A stretch of 64,000 nucleotides of DNA. It comes from Dendrobates tinctorius. Its lineage: Eukaryota. Each line of letters starts with the position of its first letter. Positions within the stretch are counted from its first letter, which is position 1. Below, piece by piece: positions 46,401-60,000 of this stretch. The position numbers and the translations under genes are program-made. A model generated the notes under the pieces. It searched no databases. It saw only the letters and a program-made list of their open reading frames with translations, and was not told where the DNA came from. The stretch spans positions 11,966,001 to 12,030,000 of the forward strand of contig NW_027361775.1 in assembly GCF_039654945.1 (NCBI RefSeq). The letters are read 5' to 3'.

Positions 46401-48794
46401 GTAAGAGTCTATACTCACTCGACTGCAGTTGAGGTAGGCACAGGAGCAGTGTTGTTGAAATGTCCAAGTAAGTTTATTAAAACTGCATAAGCCGCTCTGG
46501 ACAGCCAAAGCAAACAAACAAACTTTTCCAACACAAAATGAAAAGCAAAAAGAAAAATCAACAGTCCATATAGTACTGCATGTCCGCCTGCTCAGGTCAG
46601 TGTCTTTAGCACAGACACACACTGAAGGTGTCCTCACCTCCATCAACTGACACTGAATGAGGCATTTGGCCTCCATTTTATTACCCAAACCACACCCCTG
46701 GGGTTGGGATATGTGAACGGTCATTCCCACCCATCTCTTATGACCGCTACCGCTCATAAAACCCTGCCCTGAAATGGCCAAATAACTCTCTCAGCACAAT
46801 ACGTGCTGGAGCATACTTTTGAGCTCATATCACCACAGCTAATAGCTGCAATGACACATATCTCCCCTCAAGGACTCATCCGGTGGCCATCTTACAATGT
46901 ACAACATGCACGACAAGTTCTGTTTAATATAATAGCTTGTGCAGAGAACTGTATAGCTTGGACCAGTGCTATCTGTCATTTTCATGGACAGCACTCATCC
47001 TCATGTTATTCTAGGGGGCTGGACACATGTTCAAGTCAGTCATAGGAAAAAATAAAAGCATGCACAATTTGCTTCCGAGAATCAGATGGCACTCACCCAT
47101 ACAGGTGTATGGGTTTGTAGAAAAACATCGGACCACATTCAGGTGACATTCAAGAACAGTCCAAGTTAAACGGACTGACATTATAGGTGAAGAAACATTA
47201 TTTTTTCTCTCCACCTCTGAAAAAATCGTATCCCACTCTGATCAAGACATGATCAAGTTCCAATCAGAGTCTGATCAGTGTGTGATTAGCACAATCGGAC
47301 CAATTTTCTTGGATGTGGAGAAAACTGTCATCTGCACCTGCCCTGATTGAGATTCTGTGTCTTAGGCTTCCAAAACATCTTATCTGGCTGAGTTGTCATA
47401 GCAAAAAAAAAAGGTATGGTTAAGCAACAAGTTTTTCTCTGCTACATCTACAGACATCAGAGAACTAGCAGCTTGTGATATGTACCGTATTTCAGGCATT
47501 GGTCCAGCTTATGGTACATTGTTCTGTTAACTTCTGCCAAGATACTTCTGCTGTCGTCAAAGAAAAAAAGATGAATAAGACATAGAAAGTGCTGTAATCC
47601 ATTTAATGAGAGATTGGCTGTAGGATATACCTTTTCACAAAAAACATGTATAATACTGATGATGTTACATTCAATTATCCTTAATAAAAGGCATCACTGA
47701 TTTTTTTCTGCTATTAGTTGCCCAGACAACATAGCAGCAAGAATTATTAGCATGACTGTCAAGAGGTTCTTCATAATAGGTTACTATGTATGATACCATT
47801 TCCTAAACTGTATATATTCTTCTTGTTCGGCAGAAGATTCATTTTGAGCCTATTTTTAAGTGCAAAAGTAGGTGTAATTAAATTTCCTCCTTACCTCAGC
47901 ACAGATGTCGTTCTAATAGAGGATTTCTCATATAGGTGTTCTCTGTTTCTGAATATACAGTAGCTACTATTGCAGAGAAGCGGTTGTCCTCTTGTTATAT
48001 TCTGCAAAGAAGCACCTTGACCTAAAACTGCCACAATTTGATGAATGCTACATTATGAGACTTGACCTACAGTTCTTACAGTTTACCAACTTGTGATTAT
48101 TTTCTCCCAAGACATCTTATCATTCTTTGTGTCTTGGCACTGAAAATTTTGATTGGTAATTTTATGAGACACTCAGTGCTAAATTTAATCCCCGGCTGGT
48201 CATTGTCTATTCCTATAGGAATCTCTAGAATATGACATATTGTGTTGTGTCATTCTATGATGTATTGGATCCCTTTGTTTTGGAATTTATGAAGCCCCAT
48301 AATGGAACTTAGCTGATTGTATGTCATGGCCTCTGTCATTAGGAGACATAGACAGCTAGTTAAAAAATCTTACCTTACCACTATAGCGCCAGTGCTCTTC
48401 TCTTGTGTAGTCAACTCCTGACACAGTTTGTTCTATAAAAAATGCTTTGTGATTATTCTTTTTAAGCCACAACTTTTTTTTAACAGTCATGGAGCTCTGA
48501 GGTGATTTTAAATACGGTTACTATTGATTAGTAAAGAAAATTTGTACTTTTGATTCAATTTCTGCAAAACCTATTTTGTAAGTGAGAGTTAGCCATCCAT
48601 GTTTTGAAAGTGAAGTTATGCAACAATAAAGTTGCTCATCATAGTTAAAGTCATAACTGTAACTATGTAACTAATCAACATGAATCACAAAACTGCAAAG
48701 CCTCAAATTATCTTGAAAAAAATGTGTAACGCTCTGAGGTTTCCTGGAACTAATTCTTACCCCCTTCAAGCTCTTTAACAAAAAACCAGTCTTA

Positions 48795-48913
48795 GGCTGG
48801 GTTCACATTGCATTGTGGGAATGCGCTGACGGCATCCGTTACATAGAAGCACTAACGCTATGTAACGGATATGTTAAAGCACCCATTGCCCACAACGCAA
48901 TGTGAACCTAGCC
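48795..48913. mobile_element. 119-bp PIF/Harbinger-type MITE
   Basis: GGCTGGGTTCACATTGC...GCAATGTGAACCTAGCC with TTA TSD. Confidence 0.8.
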
Positions 48914-49349
48914 TTAGTAATGTCAAAGTGACCTCACCATTGGAAATGGAGTGTACCATTTAACCCCTAAACAACCAGAGCTATTTTTGGTTTTGCATTT
49001 TCATTTTTTGCTCCGATTCTTCGCAGGGCAATAACTTTTTTTTAAATTTTTTTTATTAAAATGGCCATGTGAGGGCTTGTTTTTTGCAGGACAAGTTGTA
49101 ATTTTGAATGACACAATTGGTTTTACCATGTCATGTACTCGAAAATAGTAACAAATTGTGTGGCGAAATTGCAAAAAATGTGCAATCCCACTGATGTTTC
49201 TTAACAGTATGATTCTCCAGGTCATTACGAGTTCATAGACACCAAATATGTCTAGGTTCTTTTTTATTAAAGTGGTGAAAAAATTTCCAAATTTTGTTAA
49301 AAAAAAATTCCGCTATGTTCAGATACTCATAGCATCTCCATTTTTCCTG

Positions 49350-50076
49350 ATCTTGGTTTGGTTGAGGGATTCCCCTGACGAAGCTGCGGCTAGCAGCGAT
49401 ACGCGTGGGGCTCCCCACATCACTTTTGTCCCGGGACCATTGCTCCTTTTGTCCTGACATCCCTGATGCTGTGACATGGATTGCTCTGTTTGGTGACTAG
49501 CTGGCTAATTGAGCCTTCATTTATCTATTGGTGTTATCTCTATTGCAGTTTACTTTTGTCTCTGCACATTAGGGAGACCTCCCTTTGCTTTAGGGACATC
49601 TTTACAAACATACATATTCTTTCCAATAGCAGTCTATGGGCTTTCTGATGCTTCGTACAGGGTTCCTCTCCTCACAGCCCCCTGGGGACGCCCAGTTCGG
49701 CATTATACTCATGCATTAGGAGACTGTTTATATACACTGCTATTTTCTAGGGATTGTTTTCCCACATGTATATACCTTTTCTATGTGGTATTGTATTTTG
49801 ACATATTGTTGTTCCATGGGACTTATAGTGATGTGTTTTGTCCTTTTTTAAATGATTTTATCGTGGTATTTTTGTCTACCAATAAAATTTCAATATATCT
49901 ATACACATATTTGTATGTACTGCATATATGTCTATTTTTGGGTGTGCGCCTTTATATGCATGGATCTTTTTCTCTTCTTCATTGCATGCTACTCTTTGTG
50001 CATTGTGCAGCACCCCTGTACGTATTAGATTCTATTTTATATATACCCTTAAGTAGTGCTCTGTATTTCTTTAATC
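49350..50076 (+). mobile_element. Penelope-like pLTR/3' fragment with hammerhead motif
   Basis: CCC-CTGACGA-A-GCTGC-GGCTA-GCAGC-GATA-CGCG-T-GGGG at 49372-49410, then a T-rich tail with AATAAA. Confidence 0.6.
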
Positions 50077-50099
50077 TTCCACAACTATACTCTTGGAGT

Positions 50100-51320
50100 C
50101 AAGACCATATGAGCGGAGTGGGCAGTTCAGAGGCAGAGGTAGTGGTCATGCTATCCCAGCTGCATAGCAAAAAAGAGAGCAGGGTGCAACAGCATTGAGG
50201 CCGACACCTTTCCATTAAGTTGGTTGCTATTGTGCACTGCGATAGGCTCCTAGCCTTTTCTCTGTCCATGTTTTCCCCTGTTTGTACTTCTCTTCATCCA
50301 CTGTCTCCTCATCTGGTTAGAAAATGCGGGCCATCTGAAGGCACTTTTGGCATTCTCACCCTACTACTGGTCGCCTGTTTGCAATGCAGCATCACTTCTG
50401 CCTTTCTGCTCCCCACCTCATATGTAATGTACCAACAAGGTGGAACTCTACTTTGCACATGTTGTAGAGTCTGTGCAAGCAGCAGCCAATACTGGAGTTT
50501 GAGCTGCAGCATGCACGGATAAGGCACGCTCAGGAACAATGTCACTTCACAACCAAGGACTGGGCCTCCATATGGGATGTTGAATACTCCACGAACATGA
50601 CCAGCACAGATGACATCATCATCAGCATTCATTACTATCCCACATATGCCTCCTAGAAAAAAAAGCTTCAGTCAATGATAGATGAGATGGTGGCACAAGA
50701 GGAAGAGTAGGAAGAATAGAGAACATTCTCACTATTATGAGGCCAGGCATCCATAGATGTCTTGGAGAGTGGGTTCCTGTTCCAACACAAATGTCCAGCT
50801 AGGTGACAGTTTTGGAAGATGAGAAACAGCCATGTTCACTGCAGGGTGGCACTCAAAGAAGCTCACAGGCATCACTGTAGCATGGCTGGAGGAATACAGA
50901 TGATATACATCCCACCGAGCACAGCTTGTCATTGCCTCTGGGCAGCCTGGCACACAAGAGGCAACACATGCTGCTGTGCCTGCTCAATGACTGCCAAGTT
51001 GTCCGAATTGTTCGAATTGCTGATTACTGGGTATTCACCCTGCTTGATTCCCAATACAAGCACAATGGCAATGTGCTGTTCTTGCTTCCATCGCTAGAGA
51101 AAGTTTGGAAAATGCAGGAATTCAAGCACACGCTGGTAGATGCACTATTGACGGCGTCCTCACCTGACAGCAGTGGCTCAGTGTAAGTTAAGAGCAGAGG
51201 AGAATGAAGTCGCCAACAAAGCTGGGGCCCTGTCACCACCTTGGAAAGGATGGCTAGCATGGCAGACATGCAAAATCCAGCACCATCATCTGATACTATC
51301 CCTTGCTGTGAATTCGCTTT
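50100..51320 (+). pseudogene. Decayed hAT transposase fragment
   Basis: LICNVPTRWNSTLHML, acidic tract and ADYWVFTLLDSQYK parallel the motifs of the transposase at 57060-60458. Confidence 0.75.
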
Positions 51321-52582
51321 CTGGCTTACAGTACCTCTGGTTACTACTGAAGGTAGTGGAGCTGGTCAAATTGACAGAGGGGTTGCAAGTTCTCTTTCTG
51401 GGTTCCCTCTGGTGGTTACTGGAGGTAATGGAGCTGATCTGATTAACAGAGGCTTGCCACCTGATAATGAGGACGACGATTGGAGATCTGGGGTTTCAGA
51501 CTGGGATTTAAGACAGCCGACTCCCTATATCCCTGCTGGTGATTTCCTTCCTGCCTCCTGAGGTCTTAATTTCCAGCTCAGTCTGCAGCAGAAGAGGGAG
51601 CAGGAGGAGGCTCAGATCTGTCATGCTTTTTAAGGTGTGTTCTCCACTGCACCTCATCCTTGGAATTCAGATGCCTTGTTATGCAGGTAGTGCATAAAAT
51701 ACAATAATAGGTGATCAAAAGATTGTATCTGCACCAAAATTGTGTCATTAAAAACATTAGCTTGGTGTACAAAAATTAACTCTCACTCAACCCAAGGTCA
51801 CGAAGAAAAGATGCTACGGGTTTCAGAAAATGACACAATTTTTTCTTACAAACTTTGGCATTTTTTTCACCACTTAAATAAAAATGAACCTATACATATT
51901 TGGTGTTTATGAACTCATAATGATCTGGGGAATAATAATGGCAGGTCAGTTTTAGTGAACATGGTGAAAAAAAACAAAAAACAACTGTGAGATTGCACTT
52001 TTTTGCAATTTCACCGCACTTGGAATATTTTTTCCATTTTCGAGTACATAATATGGTAAAACCAATAGTATCATTCAATAGTACAACTAGTCCTGCAAAA
52101 AACAAGCCATCACACGGCCATTTTGACCAAAAAATAAAAAGTTATGGCTTTGGGAATAAGGGGTGCAAAAAATGAAAATGCAAAACCAAAAATACCTCTG
52201 GTTGTTAAAGGGTTAACAACTCTTCTCAGGTCCACAAAAATCTCTTTGTTCATGATATGAGACACTCCCACAAATATGTGTCATAAAGATTACACTTTGA
52301 TAGACTCCTGTTTTTGTAATAAAACAGGTTGCTCACTCACATCTAATTGTAATCCTATGCATGACATAATTTGTTTGATAGGTTTTCTTTAGCTATTTTT
52401 AATATTTCTGTAAAAATCTGATGTATTTTTAGGTGAAATTTATGCAGAGATATGGGAAATTCTCAAGTGTAAATCATAGTCATTTCTACTTTCCTGATAC
52501 AAAGAAATGTGAAAAAACACACCTAGTTAAATGGTCTAACTAAAACAATGCATTCTCTGATTGGCAGCATCATACCACCAAG

Positions 52583-52823
52583 CAGTGTCAGACTGGGATG
52601 CCAAGGGCCCACCAGTAACATTGACTTTGGGAGGGCCAAGTTTTCATTTTTCTCTAAATAATAATAAACTGGGTAGTTTGGTTATTGAATGATGAGATGC
52701 TGCTTTTTTTCTGTACAGAGTGAATTATGCTAGGTACTGCCCGTATAGTAGGGTTGGGGCCCAGATCTGCACAGGGGTCCACCGGGGGATTGCCCTGTTC
52801 CCCTATGGACCCATCCGAACCTG
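52583..52823. mobile_element. hAT-type MITE
   Basis: CAGTGTCAGACTGGG...CCCATCCGAACCTG with 8-bp TSD CCACCAAG/CCACAAAG. Confidence 0.65.
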
Positions 52824-53348
52824 CCACAAAGTATTTCAAGTTTTCCTAAAGTTTCCCTAGACATGACTAATGTAACATCTGTCTTATTGGTACCACTCGT
52901 CTGCAGAATTTTTAGATATCACACAGAAGAAAAAATAACAGCTATTTATATAGAACCTATAAATATTTAACCTGGGGGTTATCAATCAACGTGAAAAAAA
53001 ATGAAAACAAAGGTACACAAAAGCACAATCACAAACTGCTTGATTTCTATCACATCAGAGAATCCGAAAAGCTTGGTAGTGCTACCTAATGTCATCTTTT
53101 TAATGATGCAACAATAGACATTATGCTTTCAGTTGTCAGACACCCACACACACAGCCACCCACACACTGCCAGTACCAACAAAAACCTGCGTACTCTACT
53201 TTTTACTGCTCTGAAGTTGGGAAGGAAATGCAGCTCTTCTCACAAGAAAATACTTGAAAATAGCAGTAATCTTAATATTTTCTTCCAGCAAACTTGAACA
53301 AATTAGACACACCTGATTGTACTGTGTATATATATATATATATATATA

Positions 53349-54105
53349 TCTAATATATAAAGCTCAAGTGTGTGTATGTATGTGTGTGTATATCAAGCCC
53401 CGCCCCTCATTATGATGTCATAATGGTTGCAATGGCGACGCTGATGTCATCATAGGTTGCAAGCCCCACCGCTCATTATGATGTCATAATGGAGGATGTG
53501 TGATAGGTATATGGGCACTGGACTATGGGATGGAGGATATGTATGATGGTATATAGGCACGGGACTATGGGATGGAGGATGTGTGATGGGTATATGGGCA
53601 CTGGACTATGGGATGGAGGATATGTATGACGGGTATATGGGCATGGGACTATGGGATGGTGGATATGTATGATAGGTATATGGACACGGGCCTATGAGAT
53701 GGAGGATATGTATGATGGGTATATGGGCATGGGACTATGGGATGGAGAATATGTGTGATGGGTATATGGGCATGGGACTATGGGATGGAGGATGTGTGAT
53801 GGGTATATGGGCACTGGACTATGGGATGGTGGATATGTATGATGGGTATAGGGGCACGGGACTATGGGATGGAGGATATGTATGATGGGTATATGGGCAT
53901 GGGACTATGAGATGAAGGATGTGTGATGGGTATATGGGCACTCGACTATGGGATGGCGAATATGTATGATGGGTATATGCGCATGGGACTATGGCATGAA
54001 GGATGTGTGATGGGTATATGGGCATGGGACTACGGGATGGAGAATATGTGTGATGGGTATATGGGCATGGGACTATGGGATCATGGATATATATGATGGG
54101 TATAT
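53349..54105 (+). mobile_element. Possible non-autonomous Helitron-like 5' part, truncated at the hAT
   Basis: Starts TCTAATATATAAAG after a (TA)n tract, then (GT/GTAT)n and a minisatellite; no CTAG/hairpin 3' end found. Confidence 0.4.
53492..54105 (+). repeat. Minisatellite, 41-43-bp unit, about 14-15 copies
   Basis: Unit GGGATGGAGGATATGTATGATGGGTATATGGGCATGGGACTAT. Confidence 0.95.
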
Positions 54106-54514
54106 TAGAGGTGAGCGACTTTGCCTTTTTTATGGTCGAGTCGGGTTTCATGAAACCCGACTTTCTCAAAAGTCGGGTCGAACGAAATCGGCCGACAATA
54201 GGGAAAAGTCAGAGGCCGACTGAAGCACGAAACCTAATGCAAGTCAATGGGGAAGCAAAGTCGACAGGGAGTGGAGGACAGTAAACACACCTACAGTGCC
54301 CATTTCAATGCCAAAAACATCAATTCTTATTACTGAAGCTTGTCAACCTTAATTTACTTTAAAAAAAGACAGTATATTACTCCAAACAGTATTATGGCCA
54401 TCACATTGTGCGCCATACAGATTAATGAGCCCCATATAGTTCTCCATACAGAATATTTGGCCACATATAATATTTCATACAGTATATGATGAGCTCCACA
54501 TAATGCTACAGTAT

Positions 54515-54846
54515 ATGATGGTCCCCATGGATGATGCTCCAGTGTGTTATGGGCCCAAATAATGCTTCACATATAATGGGCTCCATTTCTAATGCTCCAG
54601 TGTATAATGGGCCCCATAGATGCTGCTCCAGTGTCTGATCTGCCCCATTTGGTGTGCTCCAGTATATCATGGGCCTCATGGATGACACTCCAGTGTCTTA
54701 TGGGCCCTAATAATGCTCCATATATAATGGGCCCTATTTCTAATGCTCCAGTGTATCATGTGCCCCATAGATGCTGCTCCAGTATCTGATTTGCCCCATT
54801 TAGAATGCTCCAGCATACAGTGGGCCTCATGGATGATGCTCCAGTG
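54515..54846 (+). repeat. About 30-bp tandem repeat with about 120-bp higher-order period inside the hAT
   Basis: Unit of the type ATGGGCCCCATGGATGATGCTCCAGTGT. Confidence 0.85.
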
Positions 54847-54891
54847 CCAGAAGCCATCACTTATGACACAGTGCTTGCATTTTTTTAAACT

Positions 54892-55123
54892 TCACAAGAG
54901 GAAGAATAGTTCCTGATGCTCCGGCTTTAAAAGCAGTCTACCTACTCCCAGAAAACGGAGCCTTCCAGGCCTTCCAGAGCTACACCATGATGGAGGCTCA
55001 ACACCTCCTGTCTTAGCTGCTATTGTGTTTTTGGCACTACCAGCAGATGCACCACCACCACCATCAGTACCAGGTGGCCCCCCCATGCCCACGTCCTCGT
55101 CCTCTTCCACCATGCTTCCTCAT
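54892..55123 (-). pseudogene. Second, truncated copy of the hAT transposase N-terminus
   Basis: MRKHGGRGRGRGHGG..GTDGGGG..FLGVGRLLLKPEHQE parallels MRKYGGRVRGRGQGG..GTDGGG..FLGVGKPLLKPEHQE at 60458. Confidence 0.85.
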
Positions 55124-56179
55124 GTTTTAGAAAATTGACCCAAAATACCAGCAGCTATATGGTACTGTATCAGAAGCGTACAGCTCTATACAGTCTAGGG
55201 ATAACAGTAAATCTCCATATATATTTCATGAGTCATACCCAGACGCTCACAGGCTCAGTATGGATTACGCAATAAAATCAAAAGGCGAAAAAGGGTACAG
55301 TATCACCAGATACAAGGTATATATAGTATAGTGTAAACATTCTGAATCTCCGTATACATTTCAGGAGGCAGACAAAAACGCTTTCAGGCCCAGTATGGAT
55401 TACACAAAAATACGAAAAGCTGTAAATGGGTAATGTAACACAAGCGTACAGCTGTATACAGTGTTGGCCAAATTTGAAATCTCGGTATATATTTCCGGAG
55501 TCACCCTCAAACGCTCACTCAGTCTGGGTTTGACCATAATAAAAAATGTTGTAAAAAAGGTACTGGATAGCAAGATAGCAAGTATATGTATTATAGGGTA
55601 CAATTGAAATCTCCGTATACATAGTCCCGTAGTCAGTCGCAGATGCTTACTCATTATGGATTTGACCATAATACTAAATGTCAAACAAAGGTACTGTATA
55701 ACAAGATACAAGCTGTATCAAGTATAGGGTAAAAATTGGTATCTCCGATTCACCGTATATTTAGAAGGCGTAAACCACACATGCTCACTCACTATGGATG
55801 ATACAGTAATACAAAATTTTGAACAAAGCTACTGTATCAGCACATGCCAGGTTTATCCAGTCTAGGGGTAATTGTAAATTTCCGTCTATACTTCCGGAGT
55901 CAGACACAGACACTCACAGGCTCAGTATATATTACACCAGAATTTAACAAGTAGAAAAAGGGAAAGGTAGTCAAAGAGTACAACAGTAAACAGTGTTGTG
56001 GTACTTTTAAATCTTCGTATATATTTCAATCTCAGTAAGCCAGTCCAGATTTTCCGCTACTGTAAACTACATGGATAGAAGTACAGTCGGAAAGTCGAGT
56101 GTTAGCAGAAATTTGGGAATTACTCATCAGGGGAAAACCTCCTGGTTGATGTTGCAGAGGCGATGCAAACCCTCAAATA

Positions 56180-56615
56180 CTGTATCTGTGGAGACAGCAA
56201 AAACGGTTCTTTGTGAAGAAAGGATTGCTTTATCGCAGTAGCGTGGATCACATCACCGTTACTCATCTCCATCAAACTGTGATCACAGGGAGAGATGTAG
56301 ACATGGTCCTCACTGCCTATCATGATGTGCCTGGTCATTTTGGAGTGCAAAAGACAGAAGCCACAGACCATAGGCGATTCTATTGGATTGGCATGAGAGG
56401 AGACATTGAAAAATTGTCACAGGAACTGTGAAAGGTGATCATAAAGCACCACTGCATCCGCTTGTAAGTTGACGTTCATTACAAATGGTAGCCATTGATC
56501 ATCTGAAGGCAGAGGCCAGCAGGAAAGGCCATACCTACATCTTACCCATCATCGATCAATAAACCAAATTTCTAGTGGCCATCCCTGTGAAGGATTTAAC
56601 TGCCCAGACTACACA
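56180..56615 (+). pseudogene. Gypsy-type integrase fragment inside the hAT
   Basis: KGLLYR, YHDVPGHFGVQKT..RRFYWIGMRGDIEK (H2C2 domain), then KAPLHPL, VAIDHLK, TKFLVAIPVKDLTAQTT. Confidence 0.85.
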
Positions 56616-57059
56616 GCGGTGGAGCAGGGAGAGGTAAGTATTGCAACTTGCAAGTGCTGTGGCCATGACCAAGCAGGGGGGCACACTCGTGGTCGATAGT
56701 ACTGACACAGGGCACTTCATAGTATGCTGGTGTGTCAACGGCGAGTGGGCCCCCCACCATCATAGACACTGTATTGTACTATGAGGGGCCCAGTGCCAGT
56801 GCCGTCGGCCATCTGTGGGCCCATCCACCTGTTCAGAGCAACGGCACTTGCCCGGGTGCGCCAGTTGTTGACCCCAGCCATTGGGGGGCAGCCCACTTAG
56901 GGAGGTTTAAAAAATGGCATATGTTGAGGTGTTGGCTGGACATTCAGCTGCTGCAAAGGGCGGAATTGGGCAAGTCCGAGGAAGAGGAGAACAAAAGCAA
57001 GGCAGTTTTCTGGCAACCTATGTGTCATCAGGGGAAAGTGGGACAAAATCCTTTGAAAC

Positions 57060-60000
57060 TCATGCATGGTTCATTTTAATGAAGGTTAGATCATCAACAT
57101 TTTGGGTAGACAGATGGGTCCTTTTTTCTGTCAGGATTGATCCAGCAGCACTGAAGACTCTTTCAGATAACACACTAGCAGCAGGGCAAGCGAGCTCCTG
57201 TACGGCATATTGTGCCAATTCAGGCCAGGCGTCCAGTTTAGAGGCCCAATAGTCATAGGGAAATGACCTGTGCAATAGTCATAGGGAAATGACCTGTGAG
57301 GGAGTACATCGATATGGGAGAAGTAGTTTGTAACCATAGTTGACAATTGCTTTCTCCTGTCACTTTTAATCGATGCAGTATTAGCAGTCGTGTGAGCGGT
57401 ACTTGAGAAATCATTCCACAACATGGTCATTAAACCCCTGTCTCCAATGCCACTTCGGCTGTGTGCAACACGAACACCTCTTCCATTGTGCCCACTATTG
57501 CTCGTGGGAGAACCAGTACTGCTGTGTACTGGGAAAGCCTCAAACAAATGGTTTACCACGGTTGCTTCTTTGTTAGCCAATAATATCTCTAAGTTCTCCT
57601 GTGGCATGATGTTGTGTAATTTGCCTTTGTAGCATGGATCGAGGATGCTGGCCAGCCAGTAGTCGTCATCCCTCATCATTTGGTCCCTTTTTAGTATCCG
57701 CAAGGCATAATCGCACATGTGGGCCAATGTTCCAGGTGTCAATTATGCACTGCCAGTGGTGGGTGGAGGAGCACTTTCTGGCAAATCCACATCCTCCTGC
57801 CCAAAATAATCATCCCCCTCAACCTCCTCCTCTTCCTCTTCTTCCTCCACCTCATCCAGGACAGTTCCCTGACCAGACAATGACTGACTGTCATCAAGGC
57901 TTCCCTCCTCCTCCGCTGCAGATGCATGATCCTTAATGTGCATCAAACTTTGCATGAGCAGACACATAAGTGGGATGCTCATGCTTATGATGGCGTCACC
58001 TGCGCTTACCAGCCGTGTGCATTCCTAAAAACACTGAAGGACTTTACAGAGGTCTTTCAGCTTTGACCACTGCACGCCCGACAATTCCCTCAAACTGCCT
58101 GCCCGTGTATCCTCCCACAAATGCATTACAGCCTGACTCTGTTCGCACAGCCTCTCAACCATCTGCAGGGTGGAGTTCCACCTTGTTGCAGCGTCTATGA
58201 TTAGGCAGTGCTTGGGGAGGTGGATCAATCGCTGCAGCTTCTGCATATGAGTGGAGTGGACGTTTGAGCGATGGATGCGCGAGCACTGTCTTCGCACCTT
58301 ATGGAGCAGGGATGTTAACTCCAGATAATTTTTAAGGAAGCACTGCACCACCAGGTTCAAAGTGTGAGCCAGGCAAGGTATGTGTGTGAGTTTTGCATGG
58401 GCTATGGCTGCCACAAAATTACTGCCATTATCACTGACTACCTTGCCTGCCTCAAGATGTAGACTGCCCAGCCATGACTCTGTCGCTGCAAGTAGTGGGC
58501 CAGTACCTCCGTGGTGTGTCTGTTGTCGCCCAATGACATCATCTTTAACACAGCCTGCTGACACTTACCACTAACTGTTCGATAGTGGGACACCTCGTGT
58601 GCAACACTGCCAGCTGCGGATGGAGTACTCGTGCGCCTGCGCTCTGTGGATGAACTTTTGCTGATAGAGGAGGAGAAGGATCGAAAGCCTACAGCCAACT
58701 GTTTCCTATACCATGGGCTAGGCAACACTGTTCCACCGCCGCTGTCCCCAGTAGAGCCTACATCTACCACATTAACCCAGTGCACAGTGATGGACATGTA
58801 ACAGCCCTGGCCATTCCTACTGGTCCATGCATCTGTTGTGAGGTGCACCTTTCCACTCACTGACTGTTTTAGTGCATGGACAATGCGGTCTTTCACATGC
58901 TGGTGGAGGGCAGGGATGGCTTTTCGAGAAAAGAATTGCCGACTGGGTAGGTCATAGCATGGGACAGCATAGGCCATGAGGTCACGAAAAGCTTCGCTTT
59001 TAACCAAACGGTAGGGCATCATTTCTAATGAGATTAGTTTGTCAATGTAGGCGTTCAAACAAAGTGTACGCAGATGAGAGGATGAGCACTTTCTTGTCCT
59101 ACTTAGAGTGTCTGGTAGGGTGAGCTGGACTGGAGAGCTGCATATGGGGGAAGTAGCGGTGGACCGGATGGAGTGAGAGGGGGTTGGTGATGGTATTGGT
59201 GGTGATGGCCGAGATTCAGTGTTGTGTTGCAAAACCATTGTGATTCCCTGAGTGCTTTGGCCTTGCGACGACACCTCCACATTTAATGCTGGTCGTGTGC
59301 TTAACTGTGGCAGTGGTCTTACAGTGGGGGAAGCGATGGAGCGTTGCTGGCTGCCTTCAGTCGGAGCAGGTACACATGTGCTACTTGAGGTTTTGTAGTC
59401 CATCCACGCTTGCAAGTGCATGTTGATTAAATGTCTAAGCATGCAACTGGTATTCAAATTTCTGAGTTGTTTACCTCGGCTTAAGGTCCTTCCGCACTTC
59501 TTACAGGTAACCTTTGCCTCATCAGTAGGATTTTGGACAAAGAAGTGCCACTCTTCCTACTATGGTATTCATTTTCTGGCCTTGCACGCTGTGCTAAGTT
59601 GACTGTCTGGCCAAGCTGTCCTGCAACTCTTTTAGTTTTTGTTCCATGTTTTTTGACAGCTACGGGCCTGGCAGATAACCGCTGCTGTAATGTCAATGCC
59701 TGCTGCGGATCATTCTCCTTATTTGAACTATTGCCAGCGCCACCCTCCTCCCCCAATGGATGCCAATCTGGGTCTAGAACTGGGTCATTCATCACCTCCT
59801 CTTCAAAGTCATCTGCATCTTCTTCTTTACCTTTCTCTGTGTCACCGTGTAAGGTGGTATAGTATGCGGGAAGGGGCACCTGAGTTTCATGAGGGTCAGA
59901 TTCTGGCACAATAGACTGCGAGGGCAATGTAGTGCTCTGTGTCTATGTACCAGCAGAATCATCTAGCAGTGGCTGTGCATCAGTGCACTCCACGTCAGAT

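Larger units (their letters stand above)
48964..52212. mobile_element. piggyBac-type non-autonomous element with long TIRs and a mosaic interior
   Basis: TTAA-CCCC...GGG-TTAA ends; inverted similarity of over 300 bp between 48964-49340 and 51800-52212. Confidence 0.85.

Noticed and set aside
47894-48021. Possible minus-strand exon (TTTTAG|GTC...GAG|GTAAGG) with one open frame
   Set aside because: The peptide is not recognisable, the polypyrimidine tract is short and no partner exons were found. RNA-seq or homology would be needed.
49509-50198. 229-aa hydrophobic ORF resembling a membrane protein
   Set aside because: T-rich retroelement tail with a non-ATG start that crosses a repeat junction; no recognisable domain.
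53694-54169. Repetitive Met/Gly/Tyr-rich and His/Pro-rich ORFs
   Set aside because: Translations of the minisatellite.
53492-54846. Regular short repeat arrays considered as CRISPR-like
   Set aside because: Contiguous degenerate units without unique spacers, no cas genes, eukaryotic context.
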